Source: a virus. Taken from it: 64,000 nt of DNA. The translations under genes were made by a program, and so were the position numbers. Every line of letters begins with the position of its first letter. Positions within the stretch are counted from its first letter, which is position 1. The notes beneath the pieces were generated by a model. That model searched no databases and was not told the origin of the DNA. It saw only the letters and a list, made by a program, of their open reading frames with translations. The stretch is taken from positions 62,907-126,906 of the IMG/VR virus record IMGVR_UViG_3300035698_018653; one strand, 5' to 3'. Positions 42,196 to 51,378 of this stretch are shown piece after piece.

Positions 42196-42605
42196 TGAGT
42201 GGAACATACCAAAGAGGTTTAAATCTTAATAGAGACGCACATTCAAAGAATGTACTTTACTCTGCTGATGAAAATACATATCAAGCAATTAAGAATTTAA
42301 AAACAAGTAAGAATTTAAAAACAAGAACGAATGATTTAGAAAGAATGTCAGTAAGGACAATGGTTGCTAATAGCAACCACCAAATATTATTAACAGATGA
42401 ATATGTAGAATGTAATGGAACATTTATAGTTTATATGCCCGATGTAGCTTTAGTAACTCACCACTATAGAATAACAAATATAGGAACTGGAGTTATTACT
42501 TTAGATGGGGTTGACGGAACTATAAATGGATATGAAAATGTAGATTTAGATACAAATACTTTATTGATATTAGTTTCTAATGGAACCAATTGGAGAATAT
42601 CATGA
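42195..42605 (+). CDS. Putative tail-associated protein (start re-called at ATG 42195)
   Basis: TAATG overlap; I.N.G.G.ITL...TING......L.SNGTNW motif. Confidence 0.6.
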   Translation: MSGTYQRGLNLNRDAHSKNVLYSADENTYQAIKNLKTSKNLKTRTNDLERMSVRTMVANSNHQILLTDEYVECNGTFIVYMPDVALVTHHYRITNIGTGVITLDGVDGTINGYENVDLDTNTLLILVSNGTNWRIS

Positions 42606-43231
42606 GCTGGATAGAAAAAATAAAAATGCTTGGTTTGATTAATAATACTGATTGGAAGGGAATACGTATAGATGCATCAACACATGCAATAAATACTATT
42701 GAATATGAGCATCATGAAATTCATGGTGGAAGTAGTTATAGTTGCATTTATAGTCAAGCTGTTTCAGATACAGACGACAGAAGCATAATTGCTTTCAAAA
42801 CTCCTGACACTACAAAGTTTCTTCACATAACAATTAGTGCTTCAGCAACAGCAGTAGCGCTAGCAAGTATTATAGAAGCACCTGCTATAGTAGATAATAC
42901 AGGAGCATCTTTAACTGTATATAATAGATATAGGAATTCATCTAATATAAGTACAATTTGGGATACATCTCAAAATCCAGATGTTCAGGGTCAAGCAATG
43001 TATTTTACAGAAATAACTATGGGAAATGTAACTGGTGGAACAACAATTGCTTCTATTCCTTTAGGTGCTGCAACTTCACCTACAAAGTCTATTGGTGGAC
43101 TTGCACGAGCACAACAAGAATGGATATTGTTAAGAAATACGCTATATGCTTTTGAAGTAAAAAGTTTAGATAGTTCAGACAATACTCATTGGATAGAGGT
43201 TGACTATTACGAGCATACGAACAAGGATTAA
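42590..43231 (+). CDS. Putative virion structural protein
   Basis: TIEYEHHEIHGG motif; E.IL..NT.Y; tail module. Confidence 0.55.
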   Translation: MENIMSWIEKIKMLGLINNTDWKGIRIDASTHAINTIEYEHHEIHGGSSYSCIYSQAVSDTDDRSIIAFKTPDTTKFLHITISASATAVALASIIEAPAIVDNTGASLTVYNRYRNSSNISTIWDTSQNPDVQGQAMYFTEITMGNVTGGTTIASIPLGAATSPTKSIGGLARAQQEWILLRNTLYAFEVKSLDSSDNTHWIEVDYYEHTNKD

Positions 43232-43234
43232 ATT

Positions 43235-43942
43235 ATGCCTAATGCAGTCGGACAACGTATATACGCAGATCGGATTTCGATCACGGATGAATCTCAATCC
43301 TGGCCGGATAATGTGTTTTTGGGAAGTCGCGTTATAATTGTCGAAGGCACGGGGTACGGCCAGGTTCGGCGGATAATAAGAAATAATAATATTACACTTT
43401 GGGTTGCAGATGAATTCTACGACGGGACGTATACTGGCGAACCATGGACGACAATTCCTGGGACAGGATTTTCTGTTTTGCCGATTGGTGGCCATACCCG
43501 TGGTATATTCCAAGCACGGGATAAACATATAGGCACGAGGCAACTATTCAGAAATGAAATATTTGATACTGAATTACCCCTGTATGAGATGTGGGAAGAA
43601 TGGTATGATGTAGTACAGGTTAACTGGAATGATAGCGTAAACAGCGGTGTAGAGACGTTTGGGACGGTCAGGGCAGGCAGTAAGGTGCTTACCATAAATA
43701 ACGTACTAATACAAAATCAATTCCTTGCACGGGCACTCGCACGCTATGCATACAACTTTTTCTCTGTAAAGAAAAAAGCAATTAAGAATTTAAAAACCAC
43801 ACCAATGATATTTTTAGAGCCTCAGGATAGGGTGCGCCCGACCATAAAAAATGTCCAGGGTCTAAATTTGTACTACATAATTCGTAAGATAGTAACGGAC
43901 TTAAAAAATGGAATGTCTAAAATAGACGGAGTACAACAATAA
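43235..43942 (+). CDS. Probable C-terminal part of the tail-tip/hub protein
   Basis: Third W..N...V.I..GTG.GQ.R.I..N repeat; I.N..IQ....A..LA, LE..D.V hub-like ending. Confidence 0.55.
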   Translation: MPNAVGQRIYADRISITDESQSWPDNVFLGSRVIIVEGTGYGQVRRIIRNNNITLWVADEFYDGTYTGEPWTTIPGTGFSVLPIGGHTRGIFQARDKHIGTRQLFRNEIFDTELPLYEMWEEWYDVVQVNWNDSVNSGVETFGTVRAGSKVLTINNVLIQNQFLARALARYAYNFFSVKKKAIKNLKTTPMIFLEPQDRVRPTIKNVQGLNLYYIIRKIVTDLKNGMSKIDGVQQ

Positions 43943-43956
43943 AAGGATAAAACATC

Positions 43957-44910
43957 ATGTCAGAGAATGAAAATTGGAGCGCTAATGTAATAGGTGGAAT
44001 TAGTAATCCACGGGTGCTGCTTGCTAATGGATTTCAACTTATAGGAAATAATAGTTTTGAAAACTCATTAAGTCCTTGGACACCACAGGCGGCAACATTA
44101 TCCAGGCCGAATGACCTGACGGCCCCTCACGGTAACTATGTTTTAAAAGTAGAGGACACAAATTTTATTGCCTGGGGATATGCTCAGTTTATTCTAAATT
44201 TTGCAGAGAGTGATTTTATAAGCGGAACTTGTAGCGGTAAAAAGTTTTTACTTTCCTTTTACGCAAAGGAAGGCAACCCAGATATAAGCGGACATAATGT
44301 AACCTGCATGATTGCTGATGGTAATCTAACAAATACAGCGCAGGAAACATTTCAAGTAACAGATTTAGGTTGGAAAAAGGTATCTATATTGCTCGAATGC
44401 GATGTAGGGAACCTATCCTCATCCTTAGTAATCTTTTTATCTGGAACAGAAGAAGCTTTTGAAGAAGGGTCTTGCTTGTTTGATTTTGTAGAGTTAAATG
44501 AAATTGATAGAGATTATGTTATGCAAATTCCTACCAGATTTAATCAGCGATTTATAAGAGAAACAAATTATAGAAGAAAGACTTGGGATGGAGGGATAAA
44601 AGAAAGCATTAAAGGATGGAGATATACTGCTCAACTTGATTATGATTTTATGGCACCTAATGAGCTTCAAAGTTGGGTTGCGATTTCCGAAGCTTCCTTT
44701 ATTATATTTTATCCGCATCAAGATCATGTATTTTCTATTAAAGCAAGTATGCCTCAAGATTTTGATTATACATATTTTAGAGATAAATATGTGGGGCACG
44801 AATTTAGTGCAAGGTTAGAGGGGTTAGAATTGGTGACCGGAAAACCGACGCAGGTGGGTGACGGAACAGAGTCTGTAATCATCACAGGTTCAGAATATAT
44901 ATTCGAATAA
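43957..44910 (+). CDS. Distal-tail-like protein with a carbohydrate-binding-module-like insert
   Basis: LIGNNSFE...W, LSFYAK, W......FD.V.L. Confidence 0.55.
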   Translation: MSENENWSANVIGGISNPRVLLANGFQLIGNNSFENSLSPWTPQAATLSRPNDLTAPHGNYVLKVEDTNFIAWGYAQFILNFAESDFISGTCSGKKFLLSFYAKEGNPDISGHNVTCMIADGNLTNTAQETFQVTDLGWKKVSILLECDVGNLSSSLVIFLSGTEEAFEEGSCLFDFVELNEIDRDYVMQIPTRFNQRFIRETNYRRKTWDGGIKESIKGWRYTAQLDYDFMAPNELQSWVAISEASFIIFYPHQDHVFSIKASMPQDFDYTYFRDKYVGHEFSARLEGLELVTGKPTQVGDGTESVIITGSEYIFE

Positions 44911-44925
44911 AAAGGAGAAATAAAG

Positions 44926-45267
44926 ATGGGTGCTCCAGTAGATTTTTCGCGACTCACTCGCGTTTTAAGAGATCAAAATAATAATCTCTTATCAGGAAGA
45001 TTAGTTGAAGCAAAAGCGGTTGCAATAGTCAATGGAAGTAGGCCAAACTATACACTTACAGAAAGCACCAATAAACCTGGAGTATATAGTAATCCACAAG
45101 TAGAATGCGGAAGAGAATATAATATATATGTAGATGGTGATTTATTTGCTGAATGGCAAAGCGTTCCCTTTGGGAGTGGAGTTGGTAGAGATAGAATATT
45201 TTTAAATGAACATGATAGACTAGGTGCTCATACAGATATTACTTGTACAACTTTAACTTTCGTTTAA
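44926..45267 (+). CDS. Small beta-sandwich-like tail-module protein
   Basis: AAGGAG RBS; LRD.....L.G..V...G.Y...Y.IYVDG. Confidence 0.5.
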   Translation: MGAPVDFSRLTRVLRDQNNNLLSGRLVEAKAVAIVNGSRPNYTLTESTNKPGVYSNPQVECGREYNIYVDGDLFAEWQSVPFGSGVGRDRIFLNEHDRLGAHTDITCTTLTFV

Positions 45268-45516
45268 GGAAATAATATGTCTGTACAAATTACAAAAGAT
45301 TTAGTTAATGGAAGAATTTTATTCGTTATTGACGGAAGTACAGTGGCAACCGGAAATAGAAGTGGTTGGTTTAATGGCAACTACAATGATAATGGAGGAA
45401 CTTGTAAAGGAATAAAAATTCAGTACTCAACTAATTTTTCTTATTATAAATTTGACGTGGTAGAGACTGACGATTCATTAACACTAATAGGATATATAGC
45501 AAGAAGGAAGGCATAA

Positions 45517-46839
45517 ATGGCTACAGTTTTCACAGTAGGAACTGACGGGCAAGATTATGCAACTTTATTACTTGCTATAGCTGCACTCCCTGATCCGCTT
45601 ACTGACGATTATGAAATACAGTTTAATGGAGAAACATTTATATTAGGCGCTGTGAATATTTTAAGTGATGTCAGTGCTGGATTTACCCTTACATTAAAAC
45701 CCATAAGCGGTCAAGCCCCCATTCTTAAGGGCGATACAGATGCAATACAGGGAATGATAGATATAAGAACCGACAACATTATAGTTGAAGGATTTACATT
45801 TAATATAAATGGAGTAGTAGATCAAACATATGCAATAGAAGTAAACAAAGGAGTCACGGTAGATAATATTATAATAAGAAGCAATGTATTTGTTTATAAC
45901 TCTATAGGTGCTTCAAACTATATGATTAATCTTGATAGAATAACTAATTTACAATTTATAAATAATACATTAATAAATAATAATGCACAACACCTTCCTA
46001 GATTTATTTCTGTAGAAAGAACTGCCGGTGTTATAAAAAATAATTTAATGAGTGGGAATGCTCTTTCTCATATTAGTCTTGCTCCCGGTGGTGGGGCAGC
46101 AGTAGGCACTCTTGATATTTTTGAAAATAGTATTTCAAGTAGTTATGTTTCCATGACTGGAAGTATAAAGCTTGGAATTATAGCAGCAACATGGACAATA
46201 AATATTTACAATAATATAATAAAAGGATATGCAGATAATGTTACTGATGGGTTGATTAATTTAGGGGATATAAGAGGTGCAGTAAATATCTGGGGGAATA
46301 TTCTTGATGGGTTAGGATTAGGAACTGTAAGTGGAATTTACAAAACAAATAATGCAAGTGCTGGACCAGTTGAGATAAGAAACAATGGAATTATAGGCTG
46401 TACTGTAGGGTTAGAATTAACCGCAGGAGGAGCACAACCAGACGCAGATTATAGCGGACTTTATGATAATGCATCTAATTATGGGGGAACTTGGGTTGCA
46501 GCATCTAACGATACAATTACTAATCCAGAGTTTGCAGATAAAGTTGATTATCATGTTACTTCTGTTTCTCCCTGGATTAATGCAGGTGATCCAACCTACG
46601 ACGCAAGCCAGCAGAAAAGCTCTCCTGCGAATCTTGGAAGATGGAGTAATACCAGTCAGGCGCAAGACACGAGTGACCCTGAAATTTTCTTTCCGGGATT
46701 TACAACTCAGCTTCCGGTAAACGGAGGAGCCAGCGCTGGGCTGATGGAACAAAATTTTGGCACGAGGCATATATTTAAAGCAGCAGCAGAAATAATAGGT
46801 TATATCGACGAGAACGGCACGCATGATGGAAGTCCATAA
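45517..46839 (+). CDS. Right-handed beta-helix (pectin-lyase-like) protein, candidate receptor-binding or depolymerase
   Basis: TVG....DY.TL..AI, repeated I.NN.I turns, NP.F...DYH...SP.INAG. Confidence 0.75.
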   Translation: MATVFTVGTDGQDYATLLLAIAALPDPLTDDYEIQFNGETFILGAVNILSDVSAGFTLTLKPISGQAPILKGDTDAIQGMIDIRTDNIIVEGFTFNINGVVDQTYAIEVNKGVTVDNIIIRSNVFVYNSIGASNYMINLDRITNLQFINNTLINNNAQHLPRFISVERTAGVIKNNLMSGNALSHISLAPGGGAAVGTLDIFENSISSSYVSMTGSIKLGIIAATWTINIYNNIIKGYADNVTDGLINLGDIRGAVNIWGNILDGLGLGTVSGIYKTNNASAGPVEIRNNGIIGCTVGLELTAGGAQPDADYSGLYDNASNYGGTWVAASNDTITNPEFADKVDYHVTSVSPWINAGDPTYDASQQKSSPANLGRWSNTSQAQDTSDPEIFFPGFTTQLPVNGGASAGLMEQNFGTRHIFKAAAEIIGYIDENGTHDGSP

Positions 46840-46869
46840 AAAATAAATTTTTTATCTGAATAAGTTCAG

Positions 46870-46880
46870 CGTATATTATA
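46870..46880 (+). promoter_or_regulatory. Promoter-like motif CGTATATTATA
   Basis: At the boundary between structural and replication modules. Confidence 0.65.
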
Positions 46881-46944
46881 TATATAAATAGCTATATAAT
46901 ATATTATTTTTAAAAAGGGAAGATGTATTGATAATCTTTTTACG

Positions 46945-47044
46945 AGTGGGTGCTACTTTCTGTCACCTTTTTTCTGTGCTGGGCTATCGCTTTCCACAAG
47001 GCGAACTTGGCAATCCCTTTTCGGTGACGGGAATGGCACCCACT
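46945..47044 (+). ncRNA. Candidate 100-nt structured RNA
   Basis: AGTGGGTGC/GCACCCACT and TTCTGTCACC/GGTGACGGGA stems; G-U pairs favour + strand; followed by T-run. Confidence 0.55.
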
Positions 47045-47074
47045 TTTTATATCAATCTAAAATAAGGAGGCTTA

Positions 47075-47509
47075 ATGAAAGATTATTTACTCGAGGACGG
47101 GGATATTTTTATTGATAGTGATGAAATGTATACCTATTCTTGGTCACCAATACCCGCGCAGTGGATTGGTTTAAAAGTCGATTATAAGGCAAAGACTACT
47201 TTTGGTCGCCATAAAATTCCCGTTAGACGCGCCTCCAAAGAAACGGGCAACACTGCGGCGATTGCTTTAATTAACGATGATAAATTTTCACATTTATTTG
47301 GAGAACGCAGTAGATACCGCGAGGAGTTAATCAAGGCTTTGCAACCGCCTGGCCTCTACGGTGTCGCACAACAGGTAAAGGACGCGCTAGTCACAAATGA
47401 CGTTCCCACACAAATTAAACACTGTGATTATTGTACTGGACATTGTGGGGCGAATGATATGAGTAATTGTATTCAAAATAATTATAAAGATTTTATTAAA
47501 CGCGCTTAA
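47075..47509 (+). CDS. Hypothetical protein with C-terminal CxxC..C..C
   Basis: AAGGAGG RBS; ORF track. Confidence 0.65.
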   Translation: MKDYLLEDGDIFIDSDEMYTYSWSPIPAQWIGLKVDYKAKTTFGRHKIPVRRASKETGNTAAIALINDDKFSHLFGERSRYREELIKALQPPGLYGVAQQVKDALVTNDVPTQIKHCDYCTGHCGANDMSNCIQNNYKDFIKRA

Positions 47510-47541
47510 CTTCTCACTGCACTATTTGTATAAATTTAAAT

Positions 47542-49239
47542 ATGATTAAACTGGAATTAATAGAAAATAACAGAGCTTCCGTAATGTTCTCTGGAAGTAA
47601 ATTTTATTTAATATTAAAAACGCTTAAAGAGTTTGAGGCAGCCGTATTTGTACCGAAGATGAAAAGATGGGAATTGCCGGTCTCAGACCTTCCAATACTA
47701 CTAGATAAGGAAAGTATAGAGAGAGAGGGTGTTATGTCCTCTATGGCCCTTGAATGGAGCCTTAATAGGACAATAAAGAGGAATGATAAGCTTCTATCTA
47801 TTAAAAAGGAAGAATTACCTAATATAAAGATAAAAGGATTTAATTGTAAGTTCTATCCGTTTCAGGTAATAGGCACTTTATTTGCGTATCATGGAGAGCG
47901 AGTTTTAATTGCCGATAGTGTTGGCTTGGGTAAAACAGTTCAGGCGCTGGCGTGTTCTGTTCTTTGGAATGCAGATAAAATATTTGTAGTAGTGCCTGCT
48001 TCGCTACGTAAGAAGTGGACAGAGGAAGAGATAAAGAAATTTATAGGTGATGATTATGAATTGGTTATTGGAAATAAAGGTATCAGAGAAAGGGTATATG
48101 AAAGCTCTCCGAAGAAATATTTTGTTATATCGTATCGAACACTTGTTGACGATGTAGATTTTATATGTGATTTATTTAAAGATAAAAAAATAACTGTTAT
48201 AATGGATGAAATACAATACGCTAAAAACATGAAAGCCAAAAGAACCAAGAGCGCCATAAAACTTGCTCAGATAGCAAACAGATTTATATGCCTTTCGGCA
48301 ACGTATCTCGAGACAAGTGTTGAAGATTTATTCTCTATCTTTAGAACCATAGATGATTCAATTTTTGAAAAGTCTCAATGGAAGTTTATGAAACAATATA
48401 TTAAAACAGATTGGATGGGTAAAATAGTTGGTTATAAAAATATTGATTTAATCAAGAAAAAAATAGCTTCGTATGTTATAAGGAGAAATAAGGAAGAGGT
48501 ACTTAAGGATCTTCCAGACAGAATAGAGCTTAATTACTGGGTTGATTTTAGCGCTAATGAAAAACGAATATATGAAGAAGTGAGGGTTGGGGTGATAACA
48601 AAAATAAAAGAGCTGGAGAGGGCAAAGAAAATAAATGCAGCTAATTTACTTGCCCAAATGCAATATTTAATTCAGGCTTGTCTGCATCCGCACCTGGTAG
48701 GGTCGAAAGGAAAGTCATCCAAGCTTGAGGAGCTGGTTCAAATAATTCGCTCTCTTGACGATAATAAGATAATTATCTTTTGTTACTATACAAAAATGGT
48801 TGAACTGATTTGCATGAAGCTTAATAACGAAGGGATAAAAAGTATATTTATACATGGGCAAGCAAAGAAAAATAAAGATGATATAGTTACTCAATTTAAG
48901 ACGGAAGACTACCGGGTACTGGTCACCTCAGACGTCCTGAGAGAGGGACACAATCTTTATGAAGCCTCGTCAATTATCCACTATTCTTTACTCTGGAATC
49001 CGGCGAAGATGATCCAAAGGGAAGGGAGGATTGATAGGATTGGACAGAAAGCAAAGAAGATAAATATAATATATTTAATGACAAACAAAACGATTGAGGA
49101 GGATATGTATGAGAGGATAGTTTCAAGGAAAAAAATCTTTAAAGAAATTGTTGATGACAATTATAGGTCTGATAGATTAAAGGAATTTGACAAAGTAAAT
49201 ATGACGAAATTAAAAGAAATTATACTAAAAGTAAGATAA
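47542..49239 (+). CDS. SNF2-family helicase/ATPase
   Basis: LIADSVGLGKT, MDE, LSAT, WNP...QREGRIDRIGQ. Confidence 0.93.
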   Translation: MIKLELIENNRASVMFSGSKFYLILKTLKEFEAAVFVPKMKRWELPVSDLPILLDKESIEREGVMSSMALEWSLNRTIKRNDKLLSIKKEELPNIKIKGFNCKFYPFQVIGTLFAYHGERVLIADSVGLGKTVQALACSVLWNADKIFVVVPASLRKKWTEEEIKKFIGDDYELVIGNKGIRERVYESSPKKYFVISYRTLVDDVDFICDLFKDKKITVIMDEIQYAKNMKAKRTKSAIKLAQIANRFICLSATYLETSVEDLFSIFRTIDDSIFEKSQWKFMKQYIKTDWMGKIVGYKNIDLIKKKIASYVIRRNKEEVLKDLPDRIELNYWVDFSANEKRIYEEVRVGVITKIKELERAKKINAANLLAQMQYLIQACLHPHLVGSKGKSSKLEELVQIIRSLDDNKIIIFCYYTKMVELICMKLNNEGIKSIFIHGQAKKNKDDIVTQFKTEDYRVLVTSDVLREGHNLYEASSIIHYSLLWNPAKMIQREGRIDRIGQKAKKINIIYLMTNKTIEEDMYERIVSRKKIFKEIVDDNYRSDRLKEFDKVNMTKLKEIILKVR

Positions 49240-49337
49240 GACTTTTATAGTCTCTACATGAATAAAAAACTTTTATTTTTAACGCTTATTTATTATAGTA
49301 TAGTAGGAGCTAGCATTACTGATTGTTCTTTATTAAA

Positions 49338-49420
49338 TAAGAGAGCTTGTGGGGTTGGCGTTTTATCTGAAGCCATTTATCGCTCCCCGCTGGCTCCTGC
49401 GGACTCACAAGCCTCTCTTA
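49338..49420 (+). ncRNA. Structured leader upstream of HNH gene
   Basis: TAAGAGAG/CTCTCTTA and GCTTGTGGG/CTCACAAGC stems with two inner hairpins. Confidence 0.6.
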
Positions 49421-49440
49421 TATTAAGGAGTCAGCGCCTT

Positions 49441-50088
49441 ATGCCAAAAGGAATTTACGAAAGAGGAGAAAAGACTATTGCCCAAAAAGCAGTGATTATG
49501 ATGACTGCTGCTTTTATCGGTACTACAGTTAAAAGAACCTGTACAAGATGTAAAAAAAAGAAATATATTTTTGAATTTGCGGCAGTTAAGAGGCCGATAC
49601 CAGAATGGAAAATAGTATGTAAAGAATGTAATGGTAAAATTAGAATCCACAAAACAAAATATGCATTTGCTCAAAAAAGGTATTATGGTATTTGTAGATC
49701 AGCAGGGCATAGAAAAATATATGTGGATATGGCGCCAAGAGCATTTGTAAATTGGTGGATAAAAACTCCAAATGTATGTCACTATTGTAATTCTACAGTT
49801 AAAGAATATCAGAAGATGAGAGATTTTCTTATTAACTATAAAAAGGGAAATAATTTACTTATAAATAAAGTTTTTAGTAAAATGAATTTTGGGTGTAATT
49901 TTGGAATAGAATCATTCACTGTTGACAGAAGAGATAATTTTGACGGATACACTATTAAAAATATTGTAAAGGCATGCGCTATTTGTAATTATTTTAAAGG
50001 AAATACTTATCCAGAAAATGAAATGATTAAAATGGGTAAAAAAATAAGAAAAAGTATATTAACCCTAATGAATAATAAAGGTTTATAG
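49441..50088 (+). CDS. HNH-like (His-Me finger) endonuclease; start re-called at ATG 49441
   Basis: AAGGAG RBS then MPKGIYER; CxxC pairs; CHYC...VDR.DN..GY...N....C..CN..K. Confidence 0.75.
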   Translation: MPKGIYERGEKTIAQKAVIMMTAAFIGTTVKRTCTRCKKKKYIFEFAAVKRPIPEWKIVCKECNGKIRIHKTKYAFAQKRYYGICRSAGHRKIYVDMAPRAFVNWWIKTPNVCHYCNSTVKEYQKMRDFLINYKKGNNLLINKVFSKMNFGCNFGIESFTVDRRDNFDGYTIKNIVKACAICNYFKGNTYPENEMIKMGKKIRKSILTLMNNKGL

Positions 50089-50425
50089 AAATTTTTATAA
50101 AAATAAAATAATGAGCTTAAAACAACATAAAATATTCTTTTTTCTCTCTAAGGGTGCAACCCTATTTAAAAATAATAGTTTACCATACTTTAAAGGTCGA
50201 ACGACATCTCCATTTTTAAAAATCTTTATGATTTCCTGTTCTTTAATATATATAAGCATGTTTCATGCTTATAGTTATCTTTTAAAAAACACAAAAAATA
50301 ATAACGAAGTTTTTCAAAAAAAGAAGCTATTGCTGCTATAAGAGAAAAATTTTGATTTTAAAGAATTCTAAAAAAATAATCTCTATGAAAATAATTTCTA
50401 CGGGAAAAATAATAGGGAAAATAAT

Positions 50426-50818
50426 ATGCCTCTAAAAATTGATATTAAAAAAAATAAAAAGAACTGGAGATATCGTAAAACAAGTGAATGGAGTTCAATG
50501 AATTTTTTCAGTTATATAAATTTTAAAAATAATTCTTTTTTTAATTCACTGCCTTTGGAAAACGAAATCCAAGGTCCAGGGGTTTCGGTATCTAAAATAA
50601 AAAGATGTTTGGTGGATAAATTTTTAAAGCTCAAAAAGAACAAAGACGATTTGAGAAAATATATTGATTGGTGCTTCGATAAATTTCAGCACTCGCCTAA
50701 ACTGAGAAAGCCATTTGGTATTGGGTTACTTGCAAATTCATTCTGGATTGAATTATATTTAGAAAACGATGTGGACTTAACTAACAAAAGTGTGGGACGT
50801 AAAATAAGAGAAAACTGA
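50426..50818 (+). CDS. Hypothetical replication-module protein
   Basis: Immediately upstream of loader-like gene and helicase. Confidence 0.5.
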   Translation: MPLKIDIKKNKKNWRYRKTSEWSSMNFFSYINFKNNSFFNSLPLENEIQGPGVSVSKIKRCLVDKFLKLKKNKDDLRKYIDWCFDKFQHSPKLRKPFGIGLLANSFWIELYLENDVDLTNKSVGRKIREN

Positions 50819-50832
50819 AACAGGGAGAATGT

Positions 50833-51378
50833 ATGGTAGATATGTTACAACCTTTTATGCGTTATCATTACGCACGAATACCCAAAGTATACTATGATAA
50901 AAATTTTACTGACTTAAGTAAATATGTTAAAATTGAGAATGCGTTAAATAAAAACTTGATAATATTTGGCGGCAGTAATACGCAAAGAACTTTATTCTTA
51001 GTAACCCTCTTAAAAAAGTTTGCAGAGAAAGGGGCGAAGTACACGAGGTATTATAATTTTAGCTCGATTATAGAGCACTTCCGTGAGAAAGAGTATTTAG
51101 AGCTATTGAGGAAAACGGTTGACTTAAAGTTTCGATGGGTGGGTATAGATAGAATTTCGCTGGCTTACTTTGATGAGAATTTTGAAAAGGTGAAGGGTAA
51201 TTATTATTATAAAAAATTCTTTTCGTTTTTGATGGAGATATACGAAACACCAAATCCAGAGGGAACAAATATGTACTTGAGTGTATCCACGAATAAAGAT
51301 GATTTCTATGAGTTAATGCCAAATAGTTTTAGCGAAGTAGTCAAGGAATATTTTTTAGAGATAAACTTGGAAAACTAA
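50833..51378 (+). CDS. DnaC/IstB-like helicase loader with degenerate Walker A
   Basis: ARIPKVY...F, NLIIFGGSNTQRT, IDRI, STN; abuts DnaB. Confidence 0.55.
   Translation: MVDMLQPFMRYHYARIPKVYYDKNFTDLSKYVKIENALNKNLIIFGGSNTQRTLFLVTLLKKFAEKGAKYTRYYNFSSIIEHFREKEYLELLRKTVDLKFRWVGIDRISLAYFDENFEKVKGNYYYKKFFSFLMEIYETPNPEGTNMYLSVSTNKDDFYELMPNSFSEVVKEYFLEINLEN

Noticed and set aside
46922-46930. Second minigene ATG TAT TGA
   Set aside because: SD-like AGGGA is too close to the ATG to be convincing
46990-46998. DnaA-box-like CTTTCCACA
   Set aside because: Single mismatched copy inside an RNA hairpin loop
49258-49440. N-terminal 61 aa of the listed HNH ORF
   Set aside because: Overlaps a structured leader; a good RBS and a typical MPKGIY start lie at 49441
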